From a virus (taxonomy: Duplodnaviria; Caudoviricetes), in IMG/VR virus record IMGVR_UViG_3300028048_000039, positions 1 through 64,000 of that record: DNA of 64,000 nt. One strand, 5' to 3'. Shown here piece after piece: positions 38,182 to 49,294 of the stretch (position 1 is its first letter; each line of letters starts with the position of its first letter). A program made the position numbers and the translations under genes. The notes beneath the pieces are model-generated. The model worked only from the letters and a program-made list of their open reading frames with translations. It was not told the origin of the DNA and made no database searches.

Positions 38182-40887
38182 ATGGAAGAAAAGATATTTT
38201 TAGAACAGAATAGAAGTATTAATTCAAACAATACTGATAGTAATGTTGATATTGGATTATCAGCAAAGATGCGTCATTCCCAAAATGACAATGTCTCAAA
38301 GACACTTTCTCTTTTTGAACAATATAATAAGGAAAGGGATGAGTGTGACAAGTACAGACTTATCCTTACGGTTAATCCAATCTGTTCAAACGTATTATAT
38401 AATGTAAAGTCTGAGATTGTTGTTAATGAGGGTTCTTCTGCTTGCACCATGATTTATGATGGTGATGGCGGTTCATTGCCGAAGAATACTTACGCAAGGA
38501 ATGCCATTAATACAACAACGCCAATAACTTATAGACAGGCAATATGTGATACCGAATACTCACATAAGGACAATGGTAACTTCGTTTATCATTGCGGTGT
38601 CGATATCTTTAATAATCACATGTTGAGGGCACAGGAGTTCAACCATGTTAATAAGATGTCAGGCGAGGCAGAAGCAATTTCATCCAAAGTATTTAATACC
38701 ATAAGAGATTATCTTCGTGATGGCAAGGGAGATATTGTTAAGGAAGACATACACACAGAGTGGCATAAGGCAGGTCTTGTTCCAATGCACCTCTATCATT
38801 ATGATAATATACTGTCAATGGAAGATGCATTCTATGAAAGATGTAAGGAACTTGATGGCTGGTGGGGGTTTATTAATCCAGGGAATATTGAGATACCAAA
38901 TTCTTCTAACAGTGCGATTACATTTAATAGAATGATGGCAAATAATAAATCATGTGAATTCATTGACCTCTATCCTGACCGTTCACTCTTTTCATTCATT
39001 CCGAAATATAATAAACATAGAAAGAGAGTTGAAAAGAATTGGGATTACTGTATAACTTATCCATATAAGAAAGATAAGGAGTTAATTGATACAATATGTG
39101 GTGGTGAAGGACAGGCAATAAGGGCGAACATTAAAATTGTTCGCACATCATCACTTTCCCCTAGACTTCAATGTTCATCTTATTTCAAGCATAACCTTAA
39201 GGTTGGTGATTATGTTAGTATATACTATTATTACCCAACCTATGACGGTGAAACTGTAGAGGAAATTACATTCCAAAAGTTTAACAAGAAAGTAAAGGTT
39301 GTCTCAATTGGTGACGCAAATGGGAAGAACAAGGACAAGATATTCTCCGTTTCTTATGATGACATTGAGGCTATATATGATTATTTAAATGATTGTGGAT
39401 GTTTCTTCAAAAAGATAAATCATGACATGGAATGTTCTTATTACTTCAGAATATTCAAGAAACTTAACGCAAACGATGCTGAGATTGAGGATATAAGGAG
39501 TGATGTAAATAAGTCGGCATTTGCAAGGAACATTTATGGTGATGAAACAGCACAAATAATATTCCTTGATGATGTTGATATTACCGACCTTACAGACGCT
39601 AACGGTGCGCCAGTTACTGAGGTGTATCTTACAATATTGAAGAGAAATGCCGGTAGAGACCTTTGGTATAGGACAAGGGATTATTCCAATGAGAAGGTTG
39701 AAGAATCACATTGTTTCGGAAAGATAACAAGTGGCCTTGATTTCAGTGGCATTGATAATGAACCAATGGACTATAACATTCATTACCTCCATAACCTTGA
39801 TAAGGAGTCACCTGAATATATAAATTATATTTCAGTAAGGAACACATTTTCAGCGTGGGGCGAAACAATCAACAACTATCCAATGCCAAAGACAATTGAG
39901 GATGACCTTACAATTGAAGATGACGAATTCTATGGTGACGTGGTTGAGTTTGATGTTTATGAATACAAGGAAACAACCATTAGCGAAGTTTATCATAGGT
40001 TTAATACAATGCAGCGAGAAATATTTGACAGGGGTTTCATGAACATTTACAATGATGAGATTGTTTCAGATGATTATGATTATGCAAATGGTAGAGGACT
40101 TCCTTTCAGTGCGCTTACCTACTATGTAAATGATGTTGTTAGTGTTACGGAAGATGTTGATAAATTTGTTGATGGCAGTCACTTATGTTATGGGAACATT
40201 TCTCCTGAAGGGTATTATTACAAGCCACATTATAAGATACAAGTTAGAAGCTTAAACGAAGACGTATCAAGGTCAGAGATTAAAGAAGTAAATTATTCAG
40301 AATGTATGTTTGGTTCCTTTGAAGACAATTACATACTTAAAGCGAAGGTACCAGTTGATTATGGCTATTTCATTGGTGATTTCATCGCCTTCTATGATAA
40401 GGTTAGTGGGGAAATATCATGGGGTGAGATAATGCAGTTCTCTTCAATGACATTGACAATTAGATTTTCGAAAAATGCATTTGATAATTTAGATAGCCAG
40501 GTTAGGCAGGAATACTTTATGCCTAACAATGCAGAGAGAAGGCTTTATGGTTATTGGTCCAAAGACTCAGTCCCATTCAATGCAAAGTATTGCCCTACTA
40601 ACAGGCGTTTTACTTGGAGAAGCGTTGTATTACCTTCAGAAATGACTAACACTGATAAATTATTTAACTTGCCTTTCTCAAATGGTAGATTTTACATTGA
40701 AGATAAGATAAACTTATTCCTGAGAAGACAAGACCCAGAAGGGAAGTATGGACTTAGTGTTCCGCTATACAAGACGACCAAAATGACGGTATTAAACCCA
40801 ATGACGAAATTTACAATAAATGGCTATAAACCAATCGACCTTAGTCAGATTGAATATATGCTTGAAAATACAGATACGTGTTATTAA
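38182..40887 (+). CDS. Putative baseplate/tail structural protein
   Basis: Long ORF, tightly packed in the baseplate operon. Confidence 0.55.
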   Translation: MEEKIFLEQNRSINSNNTDSNVDIGLSAKMRHSQNDNVSKTLSLFEQYNKERDECDKYRLILTVNPICSNVLYNVKSEIVVNEGSSACTMIYDGDGGSLPKNTYARNAINTTTPITYRQAICDTEYSHKDNGNFVYHCGVDIFNNHMLRAQEFNHVNKMSGEAEAISSKVFNTIRDYLRDGKGDIVKEDIHTEWHKAGLVPMHLYHYDNILSMEDAFYERCKELDGWWGFINPGNIEIPNSSNSAITFNRMMANNKSCEFIDLYPDRSLFSFIPKYNKHRKRVEKNWDYCITYPYKKDKELIDTICGGEGQAIRANIKIVRTSSLSPRLQCSSYFKHNLKVGDYVSIYYYYPTYDGETVEEITFQKFNKKVKVVSIGDANGKNKDKIFSVSYDDIEAIYDYLNDCGCFFKKINHDMECSYYFRIFKKLNANDAEIEDIRSDVNKSAFARNIYGDETAQIIFLDDVDITDLTDANGAPVTEVYLTILKRNAGRDLWYRTRDYSNEKVEESHCFGKITSGLDFSGIDNEPMDYNIHYLHNLDKESPEYINYISVRNTFSAWGETINNYPMPKTIEDDLTIEDDEFYGDVVEFDVYEYKETTISEVYHRFNTMQREIFDRGFMNIYNDEIVSDDYDYANGRGLPFSALTYYVNDVVSVTEDVDKFVDGSHLCYGNISPEGYYYKPHYKIQVRSLNEDVSRSEIKEVNYSECMFGSFEDNYILKAKVPVDYGYFIGDFIAFYDKVSGEISWGEIMQFSSMTLTIRFSKNAFDNLDSQVRQEYFMPNNAERRLYGYWSKDSVPFNAKYCPTNRRFTWRSVVLPSEMTNTDKLFNLPFSNGRFYIEDKINLFLRRQDPEGKYGLSVPLYKTTKMTVLNPMTKFTINGYKPIDLSQIEYMLENTDTCY

Positions 40888-40888
40888 T

Positions 40889-42919
40889 ATGGATTTTGAA
40901 AGAATTAAAGTAAACATAGCAGACGCACCAGTAGATGTCGCAGGTCCTCTATCAGTGGTAGATATGATAGAAACTGACGATGAATTGCTCATTAAGTTGG
41001 AAGGCAAGGAGTGTTATGACATATTTCCTGGTCAGGAGCTTTATTTTCACAGATGGATAGGAAGGGGAAGCTCAATTGCCTTCTGTGAAATGGAAAAAAG
41101 CGTTACTGTACTCAGTGAAGATGAAAATCACATCATTCACACTACCAAACCAGACCCTTATAGATTTCACATCATAAAGCCATATTATGGTTTCGAAAAC
41201 GACGAGATTTCTGGTGTTAATTACACTGTATTGAGGTGCGACGATAACCATAATATATTTGCTCAGGACCTTGATACTAATACAGGCCAAGAGGTTTATG
41301 CTTATGATTATGACGGTAATCTTTTACGGTCTTTTAGCGGCATATTAATTCCGTATATGACAGACTACTTGAAATATGTTTCAGGTGGTACTCTTAATGA
41401 AACATCTGCCGGAACAAAATATATAACTGGTGGAAAATATTACACAATGGGTGGCAATAAAGTCTTCACAAAGGAAGATGCCGTCGAGTTGGCCTATGAG
41501 GAAGATATGTGCGGTTATGAATACGATAAATTCAAGACTTATAAGTATGAGTTTCTTCCTGATATGGTAAGTAGAAACACAATACTTGTTGCAAACCCGT
41601 CTGAAGATGACCCTTATCTTGATAGCATATTTGACGATATATCATACATTGAAACAAAATTTAATCCTTTCTACTTCACAAGGATAGAAGTAGATGAAGA
41701 TGGCAATGAGATTAAACGCTGCTACTTCTATGAAGATAATTGGTGGTATGAAATAGAACATGGTCAACACCAGATAAATGAACAATACATTAACTGTGGT
41801 GTCACATCATCATTCCTGACGAAGGGAGAGGCTTTCTGGGGGATAAATGTGAAGTTTAGTAATGATGAGCAGACTACACTTGGTTCTGAAGATATGCTTG
41901 GTGAATATCTTGACCGTAAGATACAAGAAACCATGATACCTAAGGTTATTGATATGGAGAGATTGAAATATGTTCCGGCAATTGTCAGTGGTGACGTTGT
42001 TACGATAGCAACAAGCATTACGATGGACTTCCACTTTAGAAAACGTGAAATGGTAAATGCAGCAACAGTATCTGGAAACACTCAACTTACTCAGGATAAT
42101 GTCTATGTCGATGGCTGGAGCGTAGCTGAGGACGATTGGAAGAGGGCATGGTGGAACGGAATGGATTATAGCGGCGATACGTTTAATAAGAATAAGTTTG
42201 CCCAATTCTATAATAGTAATGGAAAGAAGTCTGACCTCTTAGGTTATCTTAACTTTATTGATACTGATGTATTCTATCAGAAGAAGAAGCTCTCTGAGTC
42301 ATTCTTAAGACTTTCTTTCTATACATCACCGTATGTTACAGACCAGAAGCTGTTATTCTACTCAACAATCTATCTTGACGGAACAAACTTGTTTGGTGAA
42401 TATGTTAGACAGTTGCCAAAGATTGAAAGCGGGGCATTAAAGTCAAGTTATAGCGGAGTGAATAGTGGAAATGTGGCATCTGTATTCTGTGAAGGAGATG
42501 CTTCAACACGTCTTGACAGTGAGTTAGTGGTAACCAATGAATTTGATAGAACAAGGTCAGCAGAAGGCTTTAACTTATATCTATTTGCGGACGATGCGAA
42601 GATAAAAGACCTTGACGAATATGGCCAGGAAAAAGACGAGAGAACTATTTATATGAAGGCAGAATTTAACCATGCTGGAAACGGAAAGACAATACCAATG
42701 ATACAAAATTGGCCTAAGAAGGGAAACAATTATGCCCCATTAACAACAAGTAATTTCATTGAAAGTCTTTACATACCAGTTAAAGTTAAATATATTAATA
42801 ATAAGTACATTTATTACATTCCAGGGGCAGTGGCTGATGGTAGTGGAAATATAAGATTAATCTTCTTTGAGCCTAAGCTTGACGAGGAGGAGATTGATTT
42901 AAGTGGCATAAGCATATAA
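40889..42919 (+). CDS. Putative baseplate/tail structural protein
   Basis: Operon position; acidic; likely start ATG 40889. Confidence 0.55.
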   Translation: MDFERIKVNIADAPVDVAGPLSVVDMIETDDELLIKLEGKECYDIFPGQELYFHRWIGRGSSIAFCEMEKSVTVLSEDENHIIHTTKPDPYRFHIIKPYYGFENDEISGVNYTVLRCDDNHNIFAQDLDTNTGQEVYAYDYDGNLLRSFSGILIPYMTDYLKYVSGGTLNETSAGTKYITGGKYYTMGGNKVFTKEDAVELAYEEDMCGYEYDKFKTYKYEFLPDMVSRNTILVANPSEDDPYLDSIFDDISYIETKFNPFYFTRIEVDEDGNEIKRCYFYEDNWWYEIEHGQHQINEQYINCGVTSSFLTKGEAFWGINVKFSNDEQTTLGSEDMLGEYLDRKIQETMIPKVIDMERLKYVPAIVSGDVVTIATSITMDFHFRKREMVNAATVSGNTQLTQDNVYVDGWSVAEDDWKRAWWNGMDYSGDTFNKNKFAQFYNSNGKKSDLLGYLNFIDTDVFYQKKKLSESFLRLSFYTSPYVTDQKLLFYSTIYLDGTNLFGEYVRQLPKIESGALKSSYSGVNSGNVASVFCEGDASTRLDSELVVTNEFDRTRSAEGFNLYLFADDAKIKDLDEYGQEKDERTIYMKAEFNHAGNGKTIPMIQNWPKKGNNYAPLTTSNFIESLYIPVKVKYINNKYIYYIPGAVADGSGNIRLIFFEPKLDEEEIDLSGISI

Positions 42920-42925
42920 CGAACT

Positions 42926-45457
42926 ATGGGAACTATTAGGAAAAAGATTTGTTTAGATACATATATGAGCCGCAGAAACGGCCTTGTTCCTTATTGCCCA
43001 TACAACGAAGAATATACAGCCCCAATAAATGTTGATGCTGGTGTATATAATGGAAATTATGGTAATTTTCCGTGTGACTTTGCTTTCATTTCATCTTCCG
43101 CAAGTTCTGAAGGGGGCAAAATAATCATTTCCGAAGAAGAAGTTTTAAGAATGGTTTATCTTGAGGTACTTCGTAAGTATCGTTTCATACAAGAGAGGAT
43201 GAAGACAAGCATTCCAATAAAGTTAGTTGGCAGTAATGACACATATTACTCAGGCGAAACTTGTGACCCGGAAATTACATTCTTAGATAATTACGTTTCA
43301 CAATGGACGACTAAGTGTGATGAACACGAAAAGTATGATTATCGACCATTCGACATTAGTTTATTTGAAATGAATTCAAATGGGTATTATGTTTATGCTT
43401 CAGATGGCGATGAAGAACATGATGCAATCGTAAGCGGCTCAACCAATTTGCTTCTTATAGATGATTATGAAAAAGTAATGGAATATGATAAGGAGTGGGA
43501 TGACTGGTGGGAAAACGGTTTCACAATGATACCGAATCCAACACATGAAACGTGGGAGGAGGAATTTCTTGACGAAGAATATGTTGCACCTGAATTTTAT
43601 AAATTCTGCCAAGACTTTGAGAAGTACGTGTTAGGTTTAGTGAATGTTCCTCAGTCTTATAATGGTGAGAAACTTTCTGGTGCAAAGGTACCTGAAGTTG
43701 TCTTTTATCTTAACTTTACCGAATATATTGATTGGTTTGATAGGAATAGGAAGTTTGTTGATAGTGATGAAAAACTAGCAAAGGAATGGGATAGACGTGG
43801 TGGTGACTTGTTTTATGAATTCTTGAATACAATTAGGCCAAAGTGGATTGAAAATACATCACACGAGTGGTCACTTGAAGATGGGGAGAGTGCGACTACG
43901 GTTTATTTTACATATGTTCCACCTAGAATAGTCTGTCCATTGTGCTTAACCAATGATACTCTTGAAGAATGGGAATATCAGCCTTATGAGTATTCGCTTG
44001 TTGAAGTTTCAGGCGTAAATGGCACCATTCATACTATTACTAGTGCCGTACCAATGACATATATTTGTCCTGAGAGCGGGCAAGGCTCATCTTTGAAACC
44101 ACAATTCTTTGAATTTGCCTTCTATGATGAGTCAGGGATTACATACATAACATCAGCATGTACAACCGTTGAGTCACAATTGCCTACATTGTTCTCGGAA
44201 GATGTGGTTTATCTAAGTGATAATGTATATGGAAGATTCACTCCTTTCTATGACGAAAACGGAAGTGCAACGACACAAATGTTTAAGTGTACTTATCATA
44301 CTGGATGGTCAGAAAGCCCAAAGACTGAGGTTTATTATAGTGGTGAAACCTATGAATATATGACATTGGACCATATCACCGCAGATGGTGAGTATATACC
44401 TGAATATATGCCAAAGAAATCATTTGTTGGGAAGACATATTATGGTATGTATGACGAAGTTCCGCCTTCTGTTACAACTGATTGCTATCAGGTTGTTGAT
44501 GTTGAAGTTATCAAGACAGAGGAAGACCCAGAAATCCTAGTTTCTGATACCAAGGTTGAGACCTTTAATCAGTTTGGAATGGTATTGTCAAGCTATACAA
44601 GGTGGTCAGCACAGACCAGGACGCTATATGGTTGGTGGGAATGTGAATTAGTTGACACGGAATCTACTTCAGCATTAACTTGTGCTGACGGAGAGATTGT
44701 GGCACCTGGTGATGATACAAAATACCAAAACACGATTTTGTTATCAAACATTCCTAATATCGCTTCATCTGAATTGGATGGTGATTACTTCTATTTTTTG
44801 ATTAAATATGACAATGGAGCAACGTATGAACCTTATGTTGCTGGTGAAACATGGGTAACCAATGGACTTTGGCCAGACCCTGAGGCAATAAAGACATTTT
44901 TTGATTTTCCATTTGAAATTGGTGAGCCAATGAATGTCAGAACTTATGATGATGGAACCATTGTTTATGATATGGTTACTGGCTACTATGCAACTGATGA
45001 TAGTGATGAACTTAGTATCTTTTATGTGTTAGGTGCAACTAGTGGAATGAATATTGAAGAAACTGGCATACACTACATGGATACATATAATAATCTTTAT
45101 AGCGTAGGTAAATTTGTAGTTGATGGCGTTAATAAGGCAGATGTATTTTATAGAAGTTTGGATTTTGATGGCGCATTAATGACTATTTATAATGATGAAT
45201 TGAAATTAGAAAGAAAAATATTGCCTTCCTATGTGGTTGGTCTTGAAGTTGGGTCACAGTGGACCGAATCTGCTGCTGTCCAAACAATGCTAATTACAAG
45301 GGATGGTGCGGACACTACCCAAGGCGGTGATAGATATAAGGTGTCAATTGGAATAGACCGTGGAACTGCGGCGGCTTGGGAAAACTACTTCAAACTTTCT
45401 GAATGTAATACTTTGGAAGATTTGGAAAATTATTCGAATAACACTTTTAATTTATAG
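42926..45457 (+). CDS. Putative structural protein (very acidic)
   Basis: Operon position; C-terminal IDRG..AAWE..FKLSE...LEDLENY. Confidence 0.55.
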   Translation: MGTIRKKICLDTYMSRRNGLVPYCPYNEEYTAPINVDAGVYNGNYGNFPCDFAFISSSASSEGGKIIISEEEVLRMVYLEVLRKYRFIQERMKTSIPIKLVGSNDTYYSGETCDPEITFLDNYVSQWTTKCDEHEKYDYRPFDISLFEMNSNGYYVYASDGDEEHDAIVSGSTNLLLIDDYEKVMEYDKEWDDWWENGFTMIPNPTHETWEEEFLDEEYVAPEFYKFCQDFEKYVLGLVNVPQSYNGEKLSGAKVPEVVFYLNFTEYIDWFDRNRKFVDSDEKLAKEWDRRGGDLFYEFLNTIRPKWIENTSHEWSLEDGESATTVYFTYVPPRIVCPLCLTNDTLEEWEYQPYEYSLVEVSGVNGTIHTITSAVPMTYICPESGQGSSLKPQFFEFAFYDESGITYITSACTTVESQLPTLFSEDVVYLSDNVYGRFTPFYDENGSATTQMFKCTYHTGWSESPKTEVYYSGETYEYMTLDHITADGEYIPEYMPKKSFVGKTYYGMYDEVPPSVTTDCYQVVDVEVIKTEEDPEILVSDTKVETFNQFGMVLSSYTRWSAQTRTLYGWWECELVDTESTSALTCADGEIVAPGDDTKYQNTILLSNIPNIASSELDGDYFYFLIKYDNGATYEPYVAGETWVTNGLWPDPEAIKTFFDFPFEIGEPMNVRTYDDGTIVYDMVTGYYATDDSDELSIFYVLGATSGMNIEETGIHYMDTYNNLYSVGKFVVDGVNKADVFYRSLDFDGALMTIYNDELKLERKILPSYVVGLEVGSQWTESAAVQTMLITRDGADTTQGGDRYKVSIGIDRGTAAAWENYFKLSECNTLEDLENYSNNTFNL

Positions 45458-45463
45458 TAAGAA

Positions 45464-46324
45464 ATGAGTACAGGAGTATTTGGGTCAATAAGACCAGCAA
45501 AAATTGATGTAGCAAATGATATTGACATTCTTTATCATTATAGACCAAATAGAGGCGAAATAGATGATGATTTTATGGGTTATAGAGAGCTTGACCCACT
45601 TGAGTGCCTTGTTCCAGCATCAATGGATGATGATGAAGATAATATCATAAGTGGATTGTATAACCTACGTCTCCCGCTTAGCACCTTTAATCAGAAAGGT
45701 ATTTATACGATTTTCCTTAGACCTAAGGAGCATAAGACCAAGATTATTGATGTAAGTGTCCTCGCTGCTTATCCAGACGTAAAGGGTATTGTCCTAAATA
45801 TTCTTGACAGCGAACTTGCTGGAATTACAGACCTTACCGGTTATAGAATTGAATTCGAGGATGGAACAACTAGACTCATTAAGTCTTGTAATTATTGCTA
45901 TCCAGTAGTTGTAAATACTGGTGATGGTTATCCAAAAGCCACAAGGTATAACTTGGGTGATAATTCTAATGGGTATGTCTTCTGTACTGTAAGCCCATCT
46001 GCTGCACCATCATTTAAGCCAAATGCAAACCCTTACATTGGAGAGCCAGGCATTGAAATCAAGGTGATTAACACAAAGTTTACCCCTAAGATGATTGAAG
46101 TTGAAATGGTTAATCATGACGCTGATACAATTTCTTACATGCTTGAAGGTGATGTTGTTAATGATAGAGATAACGCAACAATAACTACGTATAATGACAA
46201 CAATGAAATCTATCATCAGAGTGATTACTATGTTGATAAGGATAGCCTCGGAAATCCTTTGCGTAACATTAAGAAGAAAAGAGATAACATTGACCACGGT
46301 CAGGATTATAACAACGTAATGTAA
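45464..46324 (+). CDS. Putative structural protein
   Basis: Operon position. Confidence 0.55.
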   Translation: MSTGVFGSIRPAKIDVANDIDILYHYRPNRGEIDDDFMGYRELDPLECLVPASMDDDEDNIISGLYNLRLPLSTFNQKGIYTIFLRPKEHKTKIIDVSVLAAYPDVKGIVLNILDSELAGITDLTGYRIEFEDGTTRLIKSCNYCYPVVVNTGDGYPKATRYNLGDNSNGYVFCTVSPSAAPSFKPNANPYIGEPGIEIKVINTKFTPKMIEVEMVNHDADTISYMLEGDVVNDRDNATITTYNDNNEIYHQSDYYVDKDSLGNPLRNIKKKRDNIDHGQDYNNVM

Positions 46325-46325
46325 A

Positions 46326-49268
46326 ATGGCAAGAAAAGATAATTTAACACGGAACAAGTCAATATATACCATCAGTAGGAAACATATGAATACTACTGCG
46401 GGTACTATATATGAAAAGGACCATGTAACCATAGTATCAAATGATGGCATTTATGATGAAATGCCTATGTTTTCCGATTCTAATTTCAAGTTCAAGATTG
46501 GTGCTGATAGAGATGGGAAGAGAAGACATACTAGGGGTGCGTGGGTAAAACCAAATGAGGACGAGAGTGGCGAAACATGGACACTATCAACAATTTCTGG
46601 GCATGTCATTACTGAAGAAACAACCATTGTTGAGAAACCGAATTATTCTTCACTCAAGGACTTCGCCTATTATGGTTCAGCAGTGGAATTGATAAAGGCA
46701 ACGGTCAATGATGTCATATTACGTTTCCCTGGTGGTATTTCATATTACGGGAACTTAGCACCAGAAGTAACAGTTAATGGGGAGAAGTATTACCTTGTTT
46801 CAAATGAATTCAAGATTGACTTCTGGACACAGGGTGATGTCTATTCTGGTGACGTCAAAAATCCGCTTAGGATACTTGCTTCAAGTTATACCAGTTATGT
46901 AAATAAAGACGGAGAAACGGCGCATAAACCAGAATTGAGTATTACTGGAAACTGTCTCGATAGTATCATTGGTACGATAGATATAGAAGGTGAAACACTC
47001 TTAATATACATGAATGGTGATGGTGAGAAATATCTTGTTACTGATAAAGTTACTTCTGGTTATACAAAACAGGATAGGATAATTATTAGGCCAAACGAAA
47101 ACATTATTAAGGAGTTTTGGAACTCATTAGACCCGTTTGAGAGGGTTCTTCTTAACAGAGACACGGAACCAGTATATACCGCAATATTTGAAACTCCTTA
47201 TAGTAATGATAAGGGTTATTTCTACACTAAGGAAAAATACACATGGCCAACAGTTGGTGATGATGACTTTACGCCAGACATTACGACGGCTTCATTTAAC
47301 GGCTATCTTAATTCCCTTATTTATCTTGCCCAATTCCACGATGAATTTGACTCTGATAACATCTGGAGAATGCTTACACACGAAGCAATAAAGAATCTTG
47401 ACTGGACCTTTATACGTCATGAAGATGATGAAACTGACGACCTTTCTGATTTTGACACCTCAAGAATGAAAGCATTGCTTAATATTTGCGGAAGACAGTT
47501 CGATGATATCAAGCTTTATGCAGAAAACGTAAAGTCAACAAATAAGGTTACTTATGATGAAAAGAACAATGTTCCAGACTATTTCTTGACCGACAAAGCA
47601 GAGTATAATGGATGGGAAGCTAAGACAGTTGCACCAACAAATGATGAAGATGTGACAACTGATGCCATAAGCGGCTCAACTGACGTTAGTGGAACAACTA
47701 AAGTTTGGACATTTGAGAAGGAGGGAAAGAAGCCTTCAGATGTTAATTCAGACTTTATGAGGAGGCTGACACTAAATTCCACTTGTATCAATGCAATGAA
47801 GGGAACAAGGAGGGGAATAGATGCATTGCTTGGAATGTTTGGCTATGAAGATGTTTCAAACCTTGTTGAAAGCGGACACACAACCTCAGCGGGTACATTT
47901 AATATTAAGGAATATGTTTCAATTGCACATAATTTCCCTGAATATGCCGAAATGTACCGCCTCAGAGCAAGGGGAGAATACATCAACTACGGTAGCAATA
48001 CCAATTATATGGATGGTTATCCAGTAACTACTGTTTTCCCAGCAAGCGGAACACCATATATTATTCCTTGGTTTAATCCTAAGGAAAGTTATAGAAATCC
48101 ACTTTACTTCCAAGAAAAAGGTGGCTGGGGCAGAGTAAATAAGAAGAGCATCAATCTTGACATCACCTCAATCACAGAGATAGAAGAAACCGATGAAGTT
48201 AAGATTTACGGTGAGTCAGAGTCGTATATGAGATTTGCTTCAACATTGTCAGACCTTAAGAATATCGAAAATGCTGACTTATTTGAAAATATGATATGCT
48301 ATGTTTCTGACATATCTGAATTGCAGAATGGTTATGAGGCTTCACCAGAGGACGTTGCATATGAGCAATCAATCTTATCTGGAACGTCAGGTACCGAGAG
48401 GTTCAATCTTTTTTCACATTATTTTATATTGAAGAAGGTTGCTCTTTCCCAAGAGATTGGTTTTGTAAATAATTATCTTTATTATTGTTATGGTTGGAGA
48501 AATATTTACAATAATGAATTTAATGGCGAAGGTGATTTGACGACAGACGGTCTTAGAGTGCTTTACCTTGAATCATTAGAAGGTGATAGTACAGGAAACA
48601 ACCCACATATTGGAAATGGAACATATGATGATGGTGCAAGCTATATAAGACGATTTAATTATATCTTTGAGGAAGCTGTTAAGGAGGGCATATATGATGA
48701 CTTGAAAAACAGTACCAATCCAGACGACCAGGCAGATTATGCAGCCATCCTCACTAGTGGCTTCTGTGTTTCATTTATGACACCGGAGAATGAGGATAAT
48801 AAGAAATGCCACTTCTTCAGAGACACCTTAGGGGAAGAAAGTGAATTGACATACCTTGAAAAGGTTGATGACAATACCTGGGAAGCAGCAGAGGATGAAA
48901 ACGAGAATAATTGGGATGAAGATTTTTATGAAAAACTTACAATACCACAATTTGAAACAGACGTGGAGTCAAAACATGATGAATCCGCAGCAAACTCCGT
49001 TATAAATGTAAAAAATATAAGAATAAATTTTGGTACTGATGGAAATGAATTCCTTAGGAAATACATTGAAACAGTAGTTATTAAATATCTTCAAATGGTA
49101 CTTCCTTCAACATGTATCCTTTCATACACATTTGATGGTGAGGAGATAATGGATGACACCAAGTTTGAAATTTATGGAACTGAGAGCATTGAAGAGGCTG
49201 AGGCTTCTGATGTTATTGTTGTAGAGGAAGACCAGTTATTTGTTGAAGGTGGTGAATTTGGTGGATAA
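46326..49268 (+). CDS. Putative baseplate wedge-type structural protein
   Basis: GRQFDDIK, VPDYFL, MKGTRRGIDALLGMFG resemble the KGT motif region of tail/baseplate wedge proteins. Confidence 0.6.
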   Translation: MARKDNLTRNKSIYTISRKHMNTTAGTIYEKDHVTIVSNDGIYDEMPMFSDSNFKFKIGADRDGKRRHTRGAWVKPNEDESGETWTLSTISGHVITEETTIVEKPNYSSLKDFAYYGSAVELIKATVNDVILRFPGGISYYGNLAPEVTVNGEKYYLVSNEFKIDFWTQGDVYSGDVKNPLRILASSYTSYVNKDGETAHKPELSITGNCLDSIIGTIDIEGETLLIYMNGDGEKYLVTDKVTSGYTKQDRIIIRPNENIIKEFWNSLDPFERVLLNRDTEPVYTAIFETPYSNDKGYFYTKEKYTWPTVGDDDFTPDITTASFNGYLNSLIYLAQFHDEFDSDNIWRMLTHEAIKNLDWTFIRHEDDETDDLSDFDTSRMKALLNICGRQFDDIKLYAENVKSTNKVTYDEKNNVPDYFLTDKAEYNGWEAKTVAPTNDEDVTTDAISGSTDVSGTTKVWTFEKEGKKPSDVNSDFMRRLTLNSTCINAMKGTRRGIDALLGMFGYEDVSNLVESGHTTSAGTFNIKEYVSIAHNFPEYAEMYRLRARGEYINYGSNTNYMDGYPVTTVFPASGTPYIIPWFNPKESYRNPLYFQEKGGWGRVNKKSINLDITSITEIEETDEVKIYGESESYMRFASTLSDLKNIENADLFENMICYVSDISELQNGYEASPEDVAYEQSILSGTSGTERFNLFSHYFILKKVALSQEIGFVNNYLYYCYGWRNIYNNEFNGEGDLTTDGLRVLYLESLEGDSTGNNPHIGNGTYDDGASYIRRFNYIFEEAVKEGIYDDLKNSTNPDDQADYAAILTSGFCVSFMTPENEDNKKCHFFRDTLGEESELTYLEKVDDNTWEAAEDENENNWDEDFYEKLTIPQFETDVESKHDESAANSVINVKNIRINFGTDGNEFLRKYIETVVIKYLQMVLPSTCILSYTFDGEEIMDDTKFEIYGTESIEEAEASDVIVVEEDQLFVEGGEFGG

Positions 49269-49294
49269 TAATGCAGAAATAGAAGAATAAAGAG